A stretch of DNA of 64,000 nt, taken from the NCBI GenBank assembly GCA_964016885.1, contig OZ024743.1, forward strand, positions 280,736,001 through 280,800,000, read 5' to 3'. A model generated the notes under the pieces. That model was not told the origin of the DNA and ran no database searches. It was given only the letters and a program-made list of their open reading frames with translations. Every line of letters begins with the position of its first letter. Positions within the stretch are counted from its first letter, which is position 1. This document shows, piece after piece, positions 1-15,000 of this stretch. Both the position numbers and the translations under genes were made by a program. The stretch is from Eledone cirrhosa (taxonomy: Eukaryota).

Positions 1-3000
1 ATGGTGTTCATGTCTGCTTAGATATGCTTGTGACCATGGTGTGTATGTCGGGGTAGATATGTTTGTGACCATGGTGTGCATGTCTGGGTAGATATGTTTG
101 TGACCATGGTTTGTATGTCGGGGTAGATATGTTTGTGGCTACCGTGTGTATGTCGGGGTAGATATGTTTGTGGCTACGGTGTGTATGTCTGGGTAGATAT
201 GTTTGTGGCCATGGTGTGCATGTCTGGGTAGATATGTTTGTGGCCATGGTGTGTATGTCGCGGTAGATATGTTTGTGGCTACGGTGTGTATGTCGGGGTA
301 GATATGTTTGTGGCTACGGTGTGTATGTCGGGGTACATATATTTGTGGCCACGGTGTGTATGTCTGGGTAGATATGTTTGTGACCATGGTGTGTATGTCT
401 GGGTAGATATGTTTGTGGCTACGGTGTGCATGTCTGGGTAGATATGTTTGTGGCCACGGTGTGTATGTCTGGGTAGATATGTTTCTGACCATGGTGTGTA
501 TGTCTGGGTAGATATGTTTGTGGCTACGGTGTGCATGTCTGGGTAGATATGTTTGTGACCATGGTGTGTATGTCTGGGTAGATATGTTTGTGGCTACGGT
601 GTGCATGTCTGGGTAGATATGTTTGTGGCCATGGTGTGCATGTCTGGGTAGATATGTTTGTGGCCATGGTGTGTATGTCTGGGTAGATATGTTTGTGGCC
701 ATGGTGTGTATGTCTGGGTAGATATGTTTGTGACCATGGTGTGCATGTCTGGGTAGATATGTTTGTGACCATGGTGTGTATGTCGGGGTAGATATGTTTG
801 TGACCATGGTGTGCATGTCTGAGTAGATATGTTTGTGGCCATGGTGTGTATATCTCGGTAGGTAGATATGTTTGTGACCATGGTGTTCATGTCTGGGTAG
901 ATATGTTTGTGACCATGGTGTGCATGTCTGGGTAGATATGTTTGTGACCATGGTGTGTATGTCGGGGTAGATATGTTTGTGACCATGGTGTGCATGTCTG
1001 GGTAGATATGTTTGTGGCCATGGTGTTTATGTCTGGGTAGGTAGATATGTTTGTGACCATGGTGTTCATGTCTGGGTAGATATGTTTGTGACCATGGTGT
1101 GTATGTCGGGGTAGATATGTTTGTGACCATGGTGTGCATGTCTGGGTAGATATGTTTGTGACCATGGTGTGTATGTCGGGGTAGATATGTTTGTGGCTAC
1201 CGTGTGTATGTCGGGGTAGATATGTTTGTGGCTACGGTGTGTATGTCTGGGTAGATATGTTTGTGGCCATGGTGTGCATGTCTGGGTAGATATGTTTGTG
1301 GCCATGGTGTGTATGTCGGGGTAGATATGTTTGTGGCTACGGTGTGTATGTCGGGGTAGATATGTTTGTGGCTACGGTGTGTATGTCTGGGTCGATATGT
1401 TTGTGGCCATGGTGTGTATGTCTGGGTAGATATGTTTGTGGCCATGGTGTGTATGTCTGGGTAGATATGTTTGTGGCCATGGTGTGTATGTCTGGGTAGA
1501 TATGTTTGTGGCTACGGTGTATATGTCGGGGTAGATATGTTTTTGACCATGGTGTGTATGTCGGGGTATATATGTTTGTGGCTACGGTGTGTATGTCGGG
1601 GTAGATATGTTTGTGACCACGGTGTGTATGTCTGTGTAGGTATGTTTGTGGCTACGGTGTGTATGTCGGGGTAGACATGGTTGTGGCCATGGTGTGTATG
1701 TCTGGGTAGATATGTTTGTGGCCATGGTGTGTATGTCTGGCTAGATATGTTTGTGGCCATGGTGTGTATGTCTGGGTAGATATGTTTGTGGCTACGGTGT
1801 GCATGTCTGGGTAGTTATGTTTGTGACCATGGTGTGTATGTCTGGGTAGATATGTTTTTGACCACGGTGTGTATGTCTGGGTAGATATGTTTGTGGCTAC
1901 GGTGTGTATGTCTGGGTAGATATGTTTGTGGCCATGGTGTGTATGTCTGGGTAGATATGTTTGTGGCCATGGTGTGTATGTCTGGGTAGATATGTTTGTG
2001 ACCATGGTGTGTATATCTGGGTAGATATGTTTGTGCTACGGTGTGTATGTCTGGGTAGATATGTTTGTGGCCATGGTGTGTATGGCTGGGTAGATATGTT
2101 TGTGACTACGGTGTGTATGTCCGGGTAAATATGTTTGTGGCTACGGAGTGTATGTCTGGGTAGATATGTTTGTGGCTACGGTGTGTATGTCTGGGTAGAT
2201 ATGTTTGTGGCCATGGTGTGCATGTCTGGGTAGATATGTTTGTGGCTACGGTGTGTATGTCTGGGTAGATATGTCTGTGGCTACGGTGTGTATGTCGAGG
2301 TAGATATGTTTGTGGCTATGGTGTGTATGTCTGGGTAGATATGTTTGTGGCTACGGTGTGTATGTCTGGGGAGATATGTTTGTGGCTACGGTGTGTATGT
2401 CTGGGTAGATATGTTTTTGGCTACGGTGTGTATATCTGGGTAGATATGTTTGTGCTACGGTGTGTATGTCTGGGTAGATATGTTTGTGGCCATGGTGTGC
2501 ATGTCTGGGTAGATATGTTTGAGGCCATGGTGTGCATGTCTGGGTAGATATGTTTGTGGCCACGGTGTGTATGTCTGGGTAGATATGTTTGTGACCATGG
2601 TGTGTATGTCTGGGTAGATATGTTTGTGGCTACGGTGTGCATGTCTGGGTAGATATGTTTGTGACCATGGTGTGTATGTCTGGGTAGATATGTTTGTGGC
2701 TACGGTGTGCATGTCTGGGTAGATATGTTTGTGGCCATGGTGTGCATGTCTGGGTAGATATGTTTGTGGCCATGGTGTGTATGTCTGGGTAGATATGTTT
2801 GTGACCATGGTGTGCATGTCTGTGTAGATATGTTTGTGATCATGGTGTGTATGTCGGAGTAGATATGTTTGTGACCATGGTGTGCATGTCTGGGTAGATA
2901 TGTTTGTGGCCATGGTGTGTATGTCTGGGTAGGTAGATATGTTTGTGACCATGGTGTTCATGTCTGGGTAGATATGTTTGTGACCATGGTGTGTATGTCG

Positions 3001-6000
3001 GGGTAGATATGTTTGTGGCCACGGTGTGTATGTCTGGGTAGATATGTTTGTGGCCATGGTGTGTATGTCTGGGTAGATATGTTTGTGACCATGGTGTGTA
3101 TGTCTGGGTAGATATGTTTGTGACCATGGTGTGTATGTCGGGGTAGATATGTTTGTGGCTACGGTGTGTATGTCGGGGTAGATATGTTTGTGGCTACGGT
3201 GTGTATGTCTGGGTAGATATGTTTGTGGCCATGGTGTGCATGTCTGGGTAGATATGTCTGTGGCTACGGTGTGTATGTCGGGGTAGATATGTTTGTGGCT
3301 ACCGTGTGTATGTCTGGGGAGATATGTTTGTGGCTACGGTGTGTATGTCTGGGTAGATATGTTTGTGGCTACGGTGTGTATATCTGGGTATATATGTTTG
3401 TGCTACGGTGTGTATGTCTGGGTAGATATGTTTGTGGCTACGGTGTGTATGTCTGGGGAGATATGTTTGTGGCCATGGTGTGTATATCTGGGTAGATATG
3501 TTTGTGGCTACGATGTGTATGTCTGGGTAGATATGTTTGTGGCCACGGTGTGCATGTCTGGGTAGATATGTTTGTGGCCATGGTGTGCATGTCTGGGTAG
3601 ATATGTTTGTGGCTACGGTGTGCATGTCTGGGTAGATATGTTTGTGGCCACGGTGTGTATGTCTGGGTAGATATGTTTGTGACCATGGTGTGTATGTCTG
3701 GGTAGATATGTTTGTGGCTACGGTGTGCATGTCTGGGTAGATATGTTTGTGACCATGGTGTGTATGTCTGGGTAGATATGTTTGTGGCTACGGTGTGCAT
3801 GTCTGGGTAGATATGTTTGTGGCCATGGTGTACATGTCTGGGTAGATATGTTTGTGGCCATGGTGTGTATGTCTGGGTAGATATGTTTGTGGCCATGGTG
3901 TGTATGTCTGGGTAGATATGTTTGTGACCATGGTGTGCATGTCTGGGTAGATATGTTTGTGACCATGGTGTGTATGTCTGAGTAGATATGTTTGTGGCCA
4001 TGGTGTGTATGTCTGGGTAGGTAGATATGTTTGTGACCATGGTGTTCATGTCTGGGTAGATATGTTTGTGACCATGGTGTGCATGTCTGGGTAGATATGT
4101 TTGTGGCCATGGTGTGCATGTCTGGGTAGATATGTTTGTGGCCATGGTGTGTATGTCTGGGTAGATATGTTTGTGGCCATGGTGTGTATGTCTGGGTAGA
4201 TATGTTTGTGACCATGGTGTGCATGTCTGGGTAGATATGTTTGTGACCATGGTGTGTATGTCGGGGTAGATATGTTTGTGACCATGGTGTGCATGTCTGG
4301 GTAGATATGTTTGTGGCCATGGTGTTTATGTCTGGGTAGGTAGATATGTTTGTGACCATGGTGTTCATGTCTGGGTAGATATGTTTGTGACCATGGTGTG
4401 TATGTCGGGGTAGATATGTTTGTGACCATGGTGTGCATGTCTGGGTAGATATGTTTGTGACCATGGTGTGTATGTCGGGGTAGATATGTTTGTGGCTACC
4501 GTGTGTATGTCGGGGTAGATTTGTTTGTGGCTACGGTGTGTATGTCTGGGTAGATATGTTTGTGGCCATGGTGTGCATGTCTGGGTAGATATGTTTGTGG
4601 CCATGGTGTGTATGTCGGGGTAGATATGTTTGTGGCAACGGTGTGTATGTCGGGGTAGATATGTTTGTGGCTACGGTGTGTATGTCGGGGTAGATATATT
4701 TGTGGCCATGGTGTGTATGTCTGGGTAGATATGTTTGTGGCCATGGTGTGTATGTCTGGGTAGATATGTTTGTGACCATGGTGTGCATGTCTGGGTAGAT
4801 ATGTTTGTGGTCATGGTGTGTATGTCGGGGTAGATATGTTTGTGGCTACGGTGTGTATGTCGGGGTAGATATGTTTGTGGCTACGGTGTGTATGTCTGGG
4901 TCGATATGTTTGTGGCCATGGTGTGTATGTCTGGGTAGATATGTTTGTGGCCATGGTGTGTATGTCTGGGTAGATATGTTTGTGGCCATGGTGTGTATGT
5001 CTGGGTAGATATGTTTGTGGCTACGGTGTATATGTCGGGGTAGATATGTTTTTGACCATGGTGTGTATGTCGGGGTAGATATGTTTGTGGCTACGGTGTG
5101 TATGTCGTGGTAGATATGTTTGTGACCACGGTGTGTATGTCTGTGTAGATATGTTTGTGGCTACGGTGTGTATGTCGGGGTAGACATGGTTGTGGCCATG
5201 ATGTGTATGTCTGGGTAGATATGTTTGTGGCCATGGTGTGTATGTCTGGCTAGATATGTTTGTGGGCATGGTGTGTATGTCTGGGTAGATATGTTTGTGG
5301 CTACGGTGTGCATGTCTGGGTAGTTATGTTTGTGACCATGGTGTGTATGTCTGGGTAGATATGTTTTTGACCACGGTGTGTATGTCTGGGTAGATATGTT
5401 TGTGGCTACGGTGTGTATGTCTGGGTAGATATGTTTGTGGCCATGGTGTGTATGTCTGGGTAGATATGTTTGTGGCCATGGTGTGTATGTCTGGGTAGAT
5501 ATGTTTGTGACCATGGTGTGTATATCTGGGTAGATATGTTTGTGCTACGGTGTGTATGTCTGGGTAGATATGTTTGTGGCCATGGTGTGTATGGCTGGGT
5601 AGATATGTTTGTGACTACGGTGTGTATGTCCGGGTAAATATGTTTGTGGCTACGGAGTGTATGTCTGGGTAGATATGTTTGTGGCTACGGTGTGTATGTC
5701 TGGGTAGATATGTTTGTGGCCATGGTGTGCATGTCTGGGTAGATATGTTTGTGGCTACGGTGTGTATGTCTGGGTAGATATGTCTGTGGCTACGGTGTGT
5801 ATGTCGAGGTAGATATGTTTGTGGCTATGGTGTGTATGTCTGGGTAGATATGTTTGTGGCTACGGTGTGTATGTCTGGGGAGATATGTTTGTGGCTACGG
5901 TGTGTATGTCTGGGTAGATATGTTTGTGGCTACGGTGTGTATATCTGGGTAGATATGTTTGTGCTACGGTGTGTATGTCTGGGTAGATATGTTTGTGGCT

Positions 6001-9000
6001 TCGGTGTGTATGTCTGGGTAGATATGTTTGTGGCCATGGTGTGCATGTCTGGGTAGATATGTTTGTGGCTACGGTGTGTATGTCGGGGTAGATATGTTTG
6101 TGGCTACGGTGTGTATGTTGGGGTAGATATGTTTGTGGCCATGGTGTGCATGTCTGGGTAGATATGTTTGTGACCATGGTGTGTATGTCGGGGTAGATAT
6201 GTTTGTGACCATGGTGTGCATGTCTGGGTAGATATGTTTGTGGCCATGGTGTGTATGTCTGGGTAGGTAGATATGTTTGTGACCATGGTGTTCATGTCTG
6301 GTTAGATATGTTTGTGACCATGGTGTGTATGTCGGGGTAGATATGTTTGTGGCCACGGTGTGTATGTCTGGGTAGATATGTTTGTGGCCATGGTGTGTAT
6401 GTCTGGGCAGATATGTTTGTGACCATGGTGTGCATGTCTGGGTAGATATGTTTGTGACCATGGTGTGTATGTCGGGGTAGATATGTTTGTGGCTACGGTG
6501 TGTATGTCGGGGTAGATATGTTTGTGGCTACGGTGTGTATGTCTGGGTAGATATGTTTGTGGCCATGGTGTGCATGTCTGGGTAGATATGTTTGTGGCCA
6601 TGGTGTATATGTCGGGGTAGATATGTTTGTGGCTACGGTGTGTATGTCGGGGTAGATATGTTTGTGGCCATGGTGTGTATGTCTGGGTAGATATGTTTGT
6701 GACCATGGTGTGTATGTCGGGGTAGATATGTTTGTGACCATGGTGTGCATGTCTGGGTAGATATGTTTGTGACCATGGTGTGTATGTCGCGGTAGATATG
6801 TTTGTGGCTACCGTGTGTATGTCGGGGTAGATTTGTTTGTGGCTACGGTGTGTATGTCTGGGTAGATATGTTTGTGGCCATGGTGTGCATGTCTGGGTAG
6901 ATATGTTTGTGGCCATGGTGTGTATGTCGGGGTAGATATGTTTGTGGCTACGGTGTGTATGTCGGGGTAGATATGTTTGTGGCTACGGTGTGTATGTCGG
7001 GGTAGATATATTTGTGGCCATGGTGTGTATGTCTGGGTAGATATGTTTGTGGCCATGGTGTGTATGTCTGGGTAGATATGTTTGTGGTAATGGTGTGTAT
7101 GTCGGGGTAGATATGTTTGTGGCTACGGTGTGTATGTCGGGGTAGATATGTTTGTGGCTACGGTGTGTATGTCTGGGTCGATATGTTTGTGGCCATGGTG
7201 TGTATGTCTGGGTAGATATGTTTGTGGCCATGGTGTGTATGTCTGGGTAGATATGTTTGTGGCCATGTTGTGTATGTCTGGGTAGATATGTTTGTGGCTA
7301 CGGTGTATATGTCGGGGTAGATATGTTTTTGACCATGGTGTGTATGTCGGGGTAGATATGTTTGTGGCTACGGTGTGTATGTCGGGGTAGATATGTTTGT
7401 GACCACGGTGTGTATGTCTGTGTAGATATGTTTGTGGCTACGGTGTGTATGTCTGGGTAGATATGTTTGTGGCCATGGTGTGTATGTCTGGGTAGATATG
7501 TTTGTGACCATGGTGTGTATATCTGGGTAGATATGTTTGTGCTACGGTGTGTATGTCTGGGTAGATATGTTTGTGGCCATGGTGTGTATGGCTGGGTAGA
7601 TATGTTTGTGACTACGGTGTGTATGTCCGGGTAAATATGTTTGTGGCTACGGAGTGTATGTCTGGGTAGATATGTTTGTGGCTACGGTGTGTATGTCGAG
7701 GTAGATATGTTTGTGGCTATGGTGTGTATGTCTGGGTAGATATGTTTGTGGCCATGGTGTGCATGTCTGGGTAGATATGTTTGTGGCTACGGTGTGTATG
7801 TCTGGGTAGATATGTCTGTGGCTACGGTGTGTATGTCGAGGTAGATATGTTTGTGGCTATGGTGTGTATGTCTGGGTAGATATGATTGTGGCTACGGTGT
7901 GTATGTCTGGGGAGATATGTTTGTGGCTACGGTGTGTATGTGTGGGTAGATATGTTTGTGGCTACGGTGTGTATATCTGGGTAGATATGTTTGTGCTACG
8001 GTGTGTATGTCTGGGTAGTTATGTTTGTGGCTTCGGTGTGTATGTCTGGGGAGATATGTTTGTGGCCATGGTGTGTATGTCTGGGTAGATATGTTTGTGG
8101 CTACGGTGTGTATGTCTGGGTAGATATGTTTGTGGCCATGGTGTGCATGTCTGGGTAGATATGTTTGTGGCTACGGTGTGTATGTCGGGGTAGATATGTT
8201 TGTGGCTACGGTGTGTATGCTGGGGTAGATATGTTTGTGGCCATGGTGTGCATGTCTGGGTAGATATGTTTGTGACCATGGTGTGTATGTCGGGGTAGAT
8301 ATGTTTGTGACCATGGTGTGCATGTCTGGGTAGATATGATTGTGGCCATGGTGTGTATGTCTGAGTAGGTAGATATGTTTGTGACCATGGTGTTCATGTC
8401 TGGTTAGATATGTTTGTGACCATGGTGTGTATGTTGGGGTAGATATGTTTGTGGCCACGGTGTGTATGTCTGGGTAGATATGTTTGTGGCCATGGTGTGT
8501 ATGTCTGGGTAGATATGTTTGTGACCATGGTGTGCATGTCTGGGTAGATATGTTTGTGACCATGGTGTGTATGTCGGGGTAGATATGTTTGTGGCTACGG
8601 TGTGTATGTCGGGGTAGATATGTTTGTGGCTACGGTGTGTATGTCTGGGTAGATATGTTTGTGGCCATGGTGTGCATGTCTGGGTAGATATGTTTGTGGC
8701 CATGGTGTATATGTCGGCTAGATATGTTTGTGGCTACGGTGTGTATGTCGGGGTAGATATGTTTGTGGCCATGGTGTGTATGTCTGGGTAGATATGTTTG
8801 TGGCCATGGTGTGTATGTCTGGGTAGATATGTTTGTGACCATGGTGTGCATGTCTGGGTAGATATGTTTGTCGCCATGGTGTGTATGTCGGGGTAGATAT
8901 GTTTGTGGCTACGGTGTGTATGTCGGGGTAGATATGTTTGTGGCTACGGTGTGTATGTCTGGGTCGATATGTTTGTGGCCATGGTGTGTATGTCTGGGTA

Positions 9001-12000
9001 GATATGTTTGTGGCCATGGTGTGTATGTCTGGGTAGATATGTTTGTGGCTACGGTGTGTATATCTGGGTAGATATGTTTGTGGCCACGGTATGTATGTCT
9101 GGGTAGATATGTTTGTGGCCATGGTGTGCATGTCTGGGTAGATATGTTTGTGGCTACGGTGTGTATGTCTGGGTAGATATGTTTGTGACCATGGTGTGTA
9201 TGTCTGGGTAGATATGTTTGTGGCTACGGTGTGTATGTCTGAGTAGATATGTTTGTGGCTACGGTGTGTATGTCGGGGTAGATATGTTTGTGGCCATGGT
9301 GTGTATGTCTGGGTAGATATGTTTGTGACTACGGTGTGTATGTCGGGGTAGATATGTTTGTGGCTACGGTGTGTATGTCTGGGTAGATATGTTTGTGGCT
9401 ACGGTGTGTATGTCGGGGTAGATATGTTTGTGGCTATGGTGTGTATGTCGGGGTAGATATGTTTGTGGCTACGGTGTGTATGTTGGGGTAGATATGTTTG
9501 TGGCCATGGTGTGTATGTCGGGGTAGATATGTTTGTGGCTACGGTGTGTATGTCTGGGTAGATATGTTTGTGACCATGGTGTGTATGTCTGGGTAGATAT
9601 GTTTGTGGCTACGGTGTGTATGTCTGAGTAGATATGTTTGTGGCTACGGTGTGCATGTCTGGGTAGATATGTTTGTGGCCATGGTGTGTATGTCTGGGTA
9701 GATATGTTTGTGACCATGGTGTGCATGTCTGGGTAGATATGTTTGTGACAATGGTGTGTATGTCTGGGTAGATATGTTTGTGGCTACGGTGTGCATGTCT
9801 GGGTAGATATGTTTGTGACCATGGTGTGTATGTCTGGGTAGATATGTTTGTGGCTACGGTGTGCATGTCTGGGTAGATATGTTTGTGGCCATGGTGTGCA
9901 TGTCTGGGTAGATATGTTTGTGGCCATGGTGTGTATGTCGGGGTAGATATGTTTGTGGCCATGGTGTGTATGTCGGGGTAGATATGTTTGTAACCATGGT
10001 GTGCATGTCTGGGTAGATATGTTTGTGGCCATGGTGTGTATGTCTGGGTAGGTAGATATGTTTGTGACCATGGTGTGCATGTCTGGGTAGATATGTTTGT
10101 GGCTACGGTGTGTATGTCTGGGTAGATATGTTTGTGACCATGGTGTGTATGTCGGGGTAGATATGTTTGTGGCCATGGTGTGTATGTCGGGGTAGATATG
10201 TTTGTGACCATGGTGTGTATGTCGGGGTAGATATGTTTGTAACCATGGTGTGTATGTCGGGGTAGATATGTTTGTGACCATGGTGTGTATGTCTGGGTAG
10301 ACATGTTTGTGGCCATGGTGTGTATGTCGGGGTAGACATGTTTGTGGCTACGGTGTGTATGTCTGGGTAGATATGTTTGTGGCTACGGTGTGTATGTCGG
10401 GGTAGATATGTTTGTGGCCATGGTGTGTATGTCGGGGTAGATATGTTTGTGACCATGGTGTGTATGTCGGGGTAGATATGTTTGTGACCATGGTGTATAT
10501 GTCGGGGTAGATATGTTTGTGACCATGGTGTGTATGTCGGGGTAGATATGTTTGTGGCCATGGTGTGTATGTCGCGGTAGATATGTTTGTGACCATGGTG
10601 TGTATGTCGGGGTAGATATGTTTGTGGCTACGGTGTGCATGTCTGGGTAGATATGTTTGTGGCCACGGTGTGTATGTCTGGGTAGACATGTTTGTGATCA
10701 TGGTGTGTATGTGTGTGTAGCTATGTTTGTGATAACGGTGTGTATGTCTAGGTAGATATGTTTGTGGCTACGGTGTGTATATCTGGGTAGAAATGTTTGT
10801 GCTACGGTGTACATGTCTGGGTAGATATGTTTGTGGCTACGGTGTGTATGTCTGGGTAGATATGTTTGTGGCCATGGTGTGTATGTCGGGGTAGATATGT
10901 TTTTGACAACGGTGTGTATGTCTGGGTAGATATGTTTGTGGCTACGGTGTGTATATCTGGGTAGATATGTTTGTGCTACGGTGTGCATGTCTGGGTAGAT
11001 ATGTTTGTGGCTACGGTGTGTATGTCGGGGTAGATATGTTTTTGACCATGGTGTGTATGTCGGGGTAGATATGTTTGTGGCTACGGTGTGTATGTCGGGG
11101 TAGATATGTTTGTGACCACGGTGTGTATGTCTGGGTAGATATGTTTGTGGCTACGGTGTGTATGTCGGGGTAGACATGGTTGTGGCCATGGTGTGTATGT
11201 CTGGGTAGATATGTTTGTGGCCATGGTGTGTATGTCTGGCTAGATATTTTTGTGGCCATGGTGTGTATGTCTGGGTAGATATGTTTGTGGCTACGGTGTG
11301 CATGTCTGGGTAGTTATGTTTGTGACCATGGTGTGTATGTCTGGGTAGATATGTTTTTGACCACGGTGTGTATGTCTGGGTAGATATGTTTGTGGCTACG
11401 GTGTGTATGTCTGGCTAGATATGTTTGTGGCCATGGTGTGTATGTCTGGGTAGATATGTTTGTGGCCATGGTGTGTATGTCTGGGTAGATATGTTTGTGA
11501 CCATGGTGTGTATATCTGGGTAGATATGTTTGTTCTACGGTGTGTATGTCTGGGTAGATATGTTTGTGGCCATGGTGTGTATGGCTGAGTAGATATGTTT
11601 GTGGCTACGGTGTGTATGTCCGGGTAGATATGTTTGTGGCTACGGAGTGTATGTCTGGGTAGATATGTTTGTGGCTACGGTGTGTATGTCTGGGTAGATA
11701 TGTTTGTGGCCATGGTGTGCATGTCTGGGTAGATATGTTTGTGGCTACGGTGTGTATGTCTGGGTAGTTATGTCTGTGGCTACGGTGTGTATGTCGGGGT
11801 AGATATGTTTGTGGCTATGGTGTGTATGTCTGGGGAGATATGTTTGTGGCTACGGTGTGTATGTCTGGGTAGATATGTTTGTGGCTACGGTGTGTATATC
11901 TGGGTAGATATGTTTGTGCTACGGTGTGTATGTCTGGGTAGATATGTTTGTGGCTACGGTGTGTATGTCTGGGGAGATATGTTTGTGGCCATGGTGTGTA

Positions 12001-15000
12001 TGTCTGGGTAGATATGTTTGTGGCTACGGTGTGTATGTCTGGGTAGATATGTTTGTGGCCACGGTGTGCATGTCTGGGTAGATATGTTTGTGGCCATGGT
12101 GTGCATGTCCGGGTAGATATGTTTGTGACCACGGTGTGCATGTCGGGGTAGATATGTTTGTGGACATGGTGTGTATGTCTGGGTAGATATGTTTGTGGCC
12201 ATGGTGTGTATGTCGGGGTAGATATGTTTGTGGCCATGGTGTGTATGCCTGGGTAGATATGTTTGTGGCTACGGTGTGTATGTCGCGGTAGATATGTTTG
12301 TGGCTACGGTGTGCATGTCTGGGTAGATATGTTTGTGGCCATGGTGCGTATGTCTGGGTAGATATGTTTGTGACCATGGTGTGCATGTCTGGGTTGATAT
12401 GTTTGTGACCATGGTGTGCATGTCTGGGTAGATATGTTTGTGGCCACGGTTTATTTGTCTGGGTAGATATGTTTGTGACCATGGTGTGTATGTCTGGGTA
12501 GATATGTTTGTGGCTACGGTGTGCATGTTTGGGTAGATATGTTTGTGGCCATGGTGTGTATGTCTGGGTAGATATGTCTGTGGCTACGGTGTGTATGTCT
12601 GGGTAGATATGTTTGTGGCCATGGTGTGTATGTCCGGGTAGATATGTTTGTGGCCACGGTGTGTATGTCTGGGTAGATATGTTTGTGGCTACGGTGTGTA
12701 TGTCGGGGTAGATATGTTTGTGGCTACGGTGTGTATGTCTGGGTAGATCTGTTTGTGGCTACGGTGTGTATGTCTGGGTAGTTATGTTTGTGACCATGGT
12801 GTGTATGTCTGGGTAGATATGTTTGTGGCCATGGTGTGTATGTCTGGGTAGATATGTTTGTGGCTACGGTGTGTATGTCTGTGTAGATATGTTTGTGACC
12901 ATGGTGTGTATGTCTGGGTAGATATGTTTGTGGCTACGGTGTGTAAGTAGGGGTAGATATGTTTGTGGCTACGGTGTGTATGTCTGGGTAGATATGTTTG
13001 TGGCCATGGTGTGCATGTCTGGGTAGATATGTTTGTGGCCATGGTGTGTATGTCGGGGTAGATATGTTTGTGGCCATGGTGTGTATGTCTGGGTAGATAT
13101 GTCTGTGACCATGGTGTGTATGTCTGGGTAGATATGTTTGTGGCTACGGTGTGTATGTCTGGGTAGATATGTTTGTGGCCATGGTGTGCATGTCTGGGTA
13201 GATATGTTTGTGGCCATGGTGTGTATGTCGGGGTAGATATGTTTGTGACCATGGTGTGTATGTCGGGGTAGATATGTTTGTGGCTACGGTGTGTATGCCT
13301 GGGTAGATATGTTTGTGGCCATGGTGTGTATGTCTGGGTAGATATGTTTGTGGCTACGGTGTGTATGTCTGGGTAGATATGTTTGTGGCTACGGTGTGTA
13401 TGCCCTGGGTAGATATGTTTGTGGCCATGGTGTGTATGTCTGGGTAGATATGTCTGTGGCCATGGTGTGCATGTCTGGGTAGATATGTTTGTGGCCATGG
13501 TGTGTATGTCTGGGTAGGTAGATATGTTTGTGACCATGGTGTTCATGTCTGGGTAGATATGTTTGTGACCATGGTGTGCATGTCTGGGTAGATATGTTTG
13601 TGGCCATGGTGTGCATGTCTGGGTAGATATGTTTGTGGCCATGGTGTGTATGTCTGGGTAGATATGTTTGTGGCCATGGTGTGTATGTCTGGGTAGATAT
13701 GTTTGTGACCATGGTGTGCATGTCTGGGTAGATATGTTTGTGACCATGGTGTGTATGTCGGGGTAGATATGTTTGTGACCATGGTGTGCATGTCTGGGTA
13801 GATATGTTTGTGGCCATGGTGTTTATGTCTGGGTAGGTAGATATGTTTGTGACCATGGTGTTCATGTCTGCTTAGATATGTTTGTGACCATGGTGTGAAT
13901 GTCGGGGTAGATATGTTTGTGACCATGGTGTGCATGTCTGGGTAGATATGTTTGTGACCATGGTTTGTATGTCGGGGTAGATATGTTTGTGGCTACCGTG
14001 TGTATGTCGGGGTAGATATGTTTGTGGCTACGGTGTGTATGTCTGGGTAGATATGTTTGTGGCCATGGTGTGCATGTCTGGGTAGATATGTTTGTGGCCA
14101 TGGTGTGTATGTCGCGGTAGATATGTTTGTGGCTACGGTGTGTATGTCGGGGTAGATATGTTTGTGGCTACGGTGTGTATGTCGGGGTACATATATTTGT
14201 GGCCACGGTGTGTATGTCTGGGTAGATATGTTTGTGACCATGGTGTGTATGTCTGGGTAGATATGTTTGTGGCTACGGTGTGCATGTCTGGGTAGATATG
14301 TTTGTGGCCACGGTGTGTATGTCTGGGTAGATATGTTTCTGACCATGGTGTGTATGTCTGGGTAGATATGTTTGTGGCTACGGTGTGCATGTCTGGGTAG
14401 ATATGTTTGTGACCATGGTGTGTATGTCTGGGTAGATATGTTTGTGGCTACGGTGTGCATGTCTGGGTAGATATGTTTGTGGCCATGGTGTGCATGTCTG
14501 GGTAGATATGTTTGTGGCCATGGTGTGTATGTCTGGGTAGATATGTTTGTGGCCATGGTGTGTATGTCTGGGTAGATATGTTTGTGACCATGGTGTGCAT
14601 GTCTGGGTAGATATGTTTGTGACCATGGTGTGTATGTCGGGGTAGATATGTTTGTGACCATGGTGTGCATGTCTGAGTAGATATGTTTGTGGCCATGGTG
14701 TGTATATCTCGGTAGGTAGATATGTTTGTGACCATGGTGTTCATGTCTGGGTAGATATGTTTGTGACCATGGTGTGCATGTCTGGGTAGATATGTTTGTG
14801 GCCATGGTGTGCATGTCTGGGTAGATATGTTTGTGGCCATGGTGTGTATGTCTGGGTAGATATGTTTGTGGCCATGGTGTGTATGTCTGGGTAGATATGT
14901 TTGTGACCATGGTGTGCATGTCTGGGTAGATATGTTTGTGACCATGGTGTGTATGTCGGGGTAGATATGTTTGTGACCATGGTGTGCATGTCTGGGTAGA

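Noticed and set aside
11-20. Satellite variant TGTCTGCTTA identical to the start of the boundary segment at 33264
   Set aside because: Only 10 bp, and the intermediate variant GTCTGGTTAG exists (~6296), so stepwise mutation suffices.
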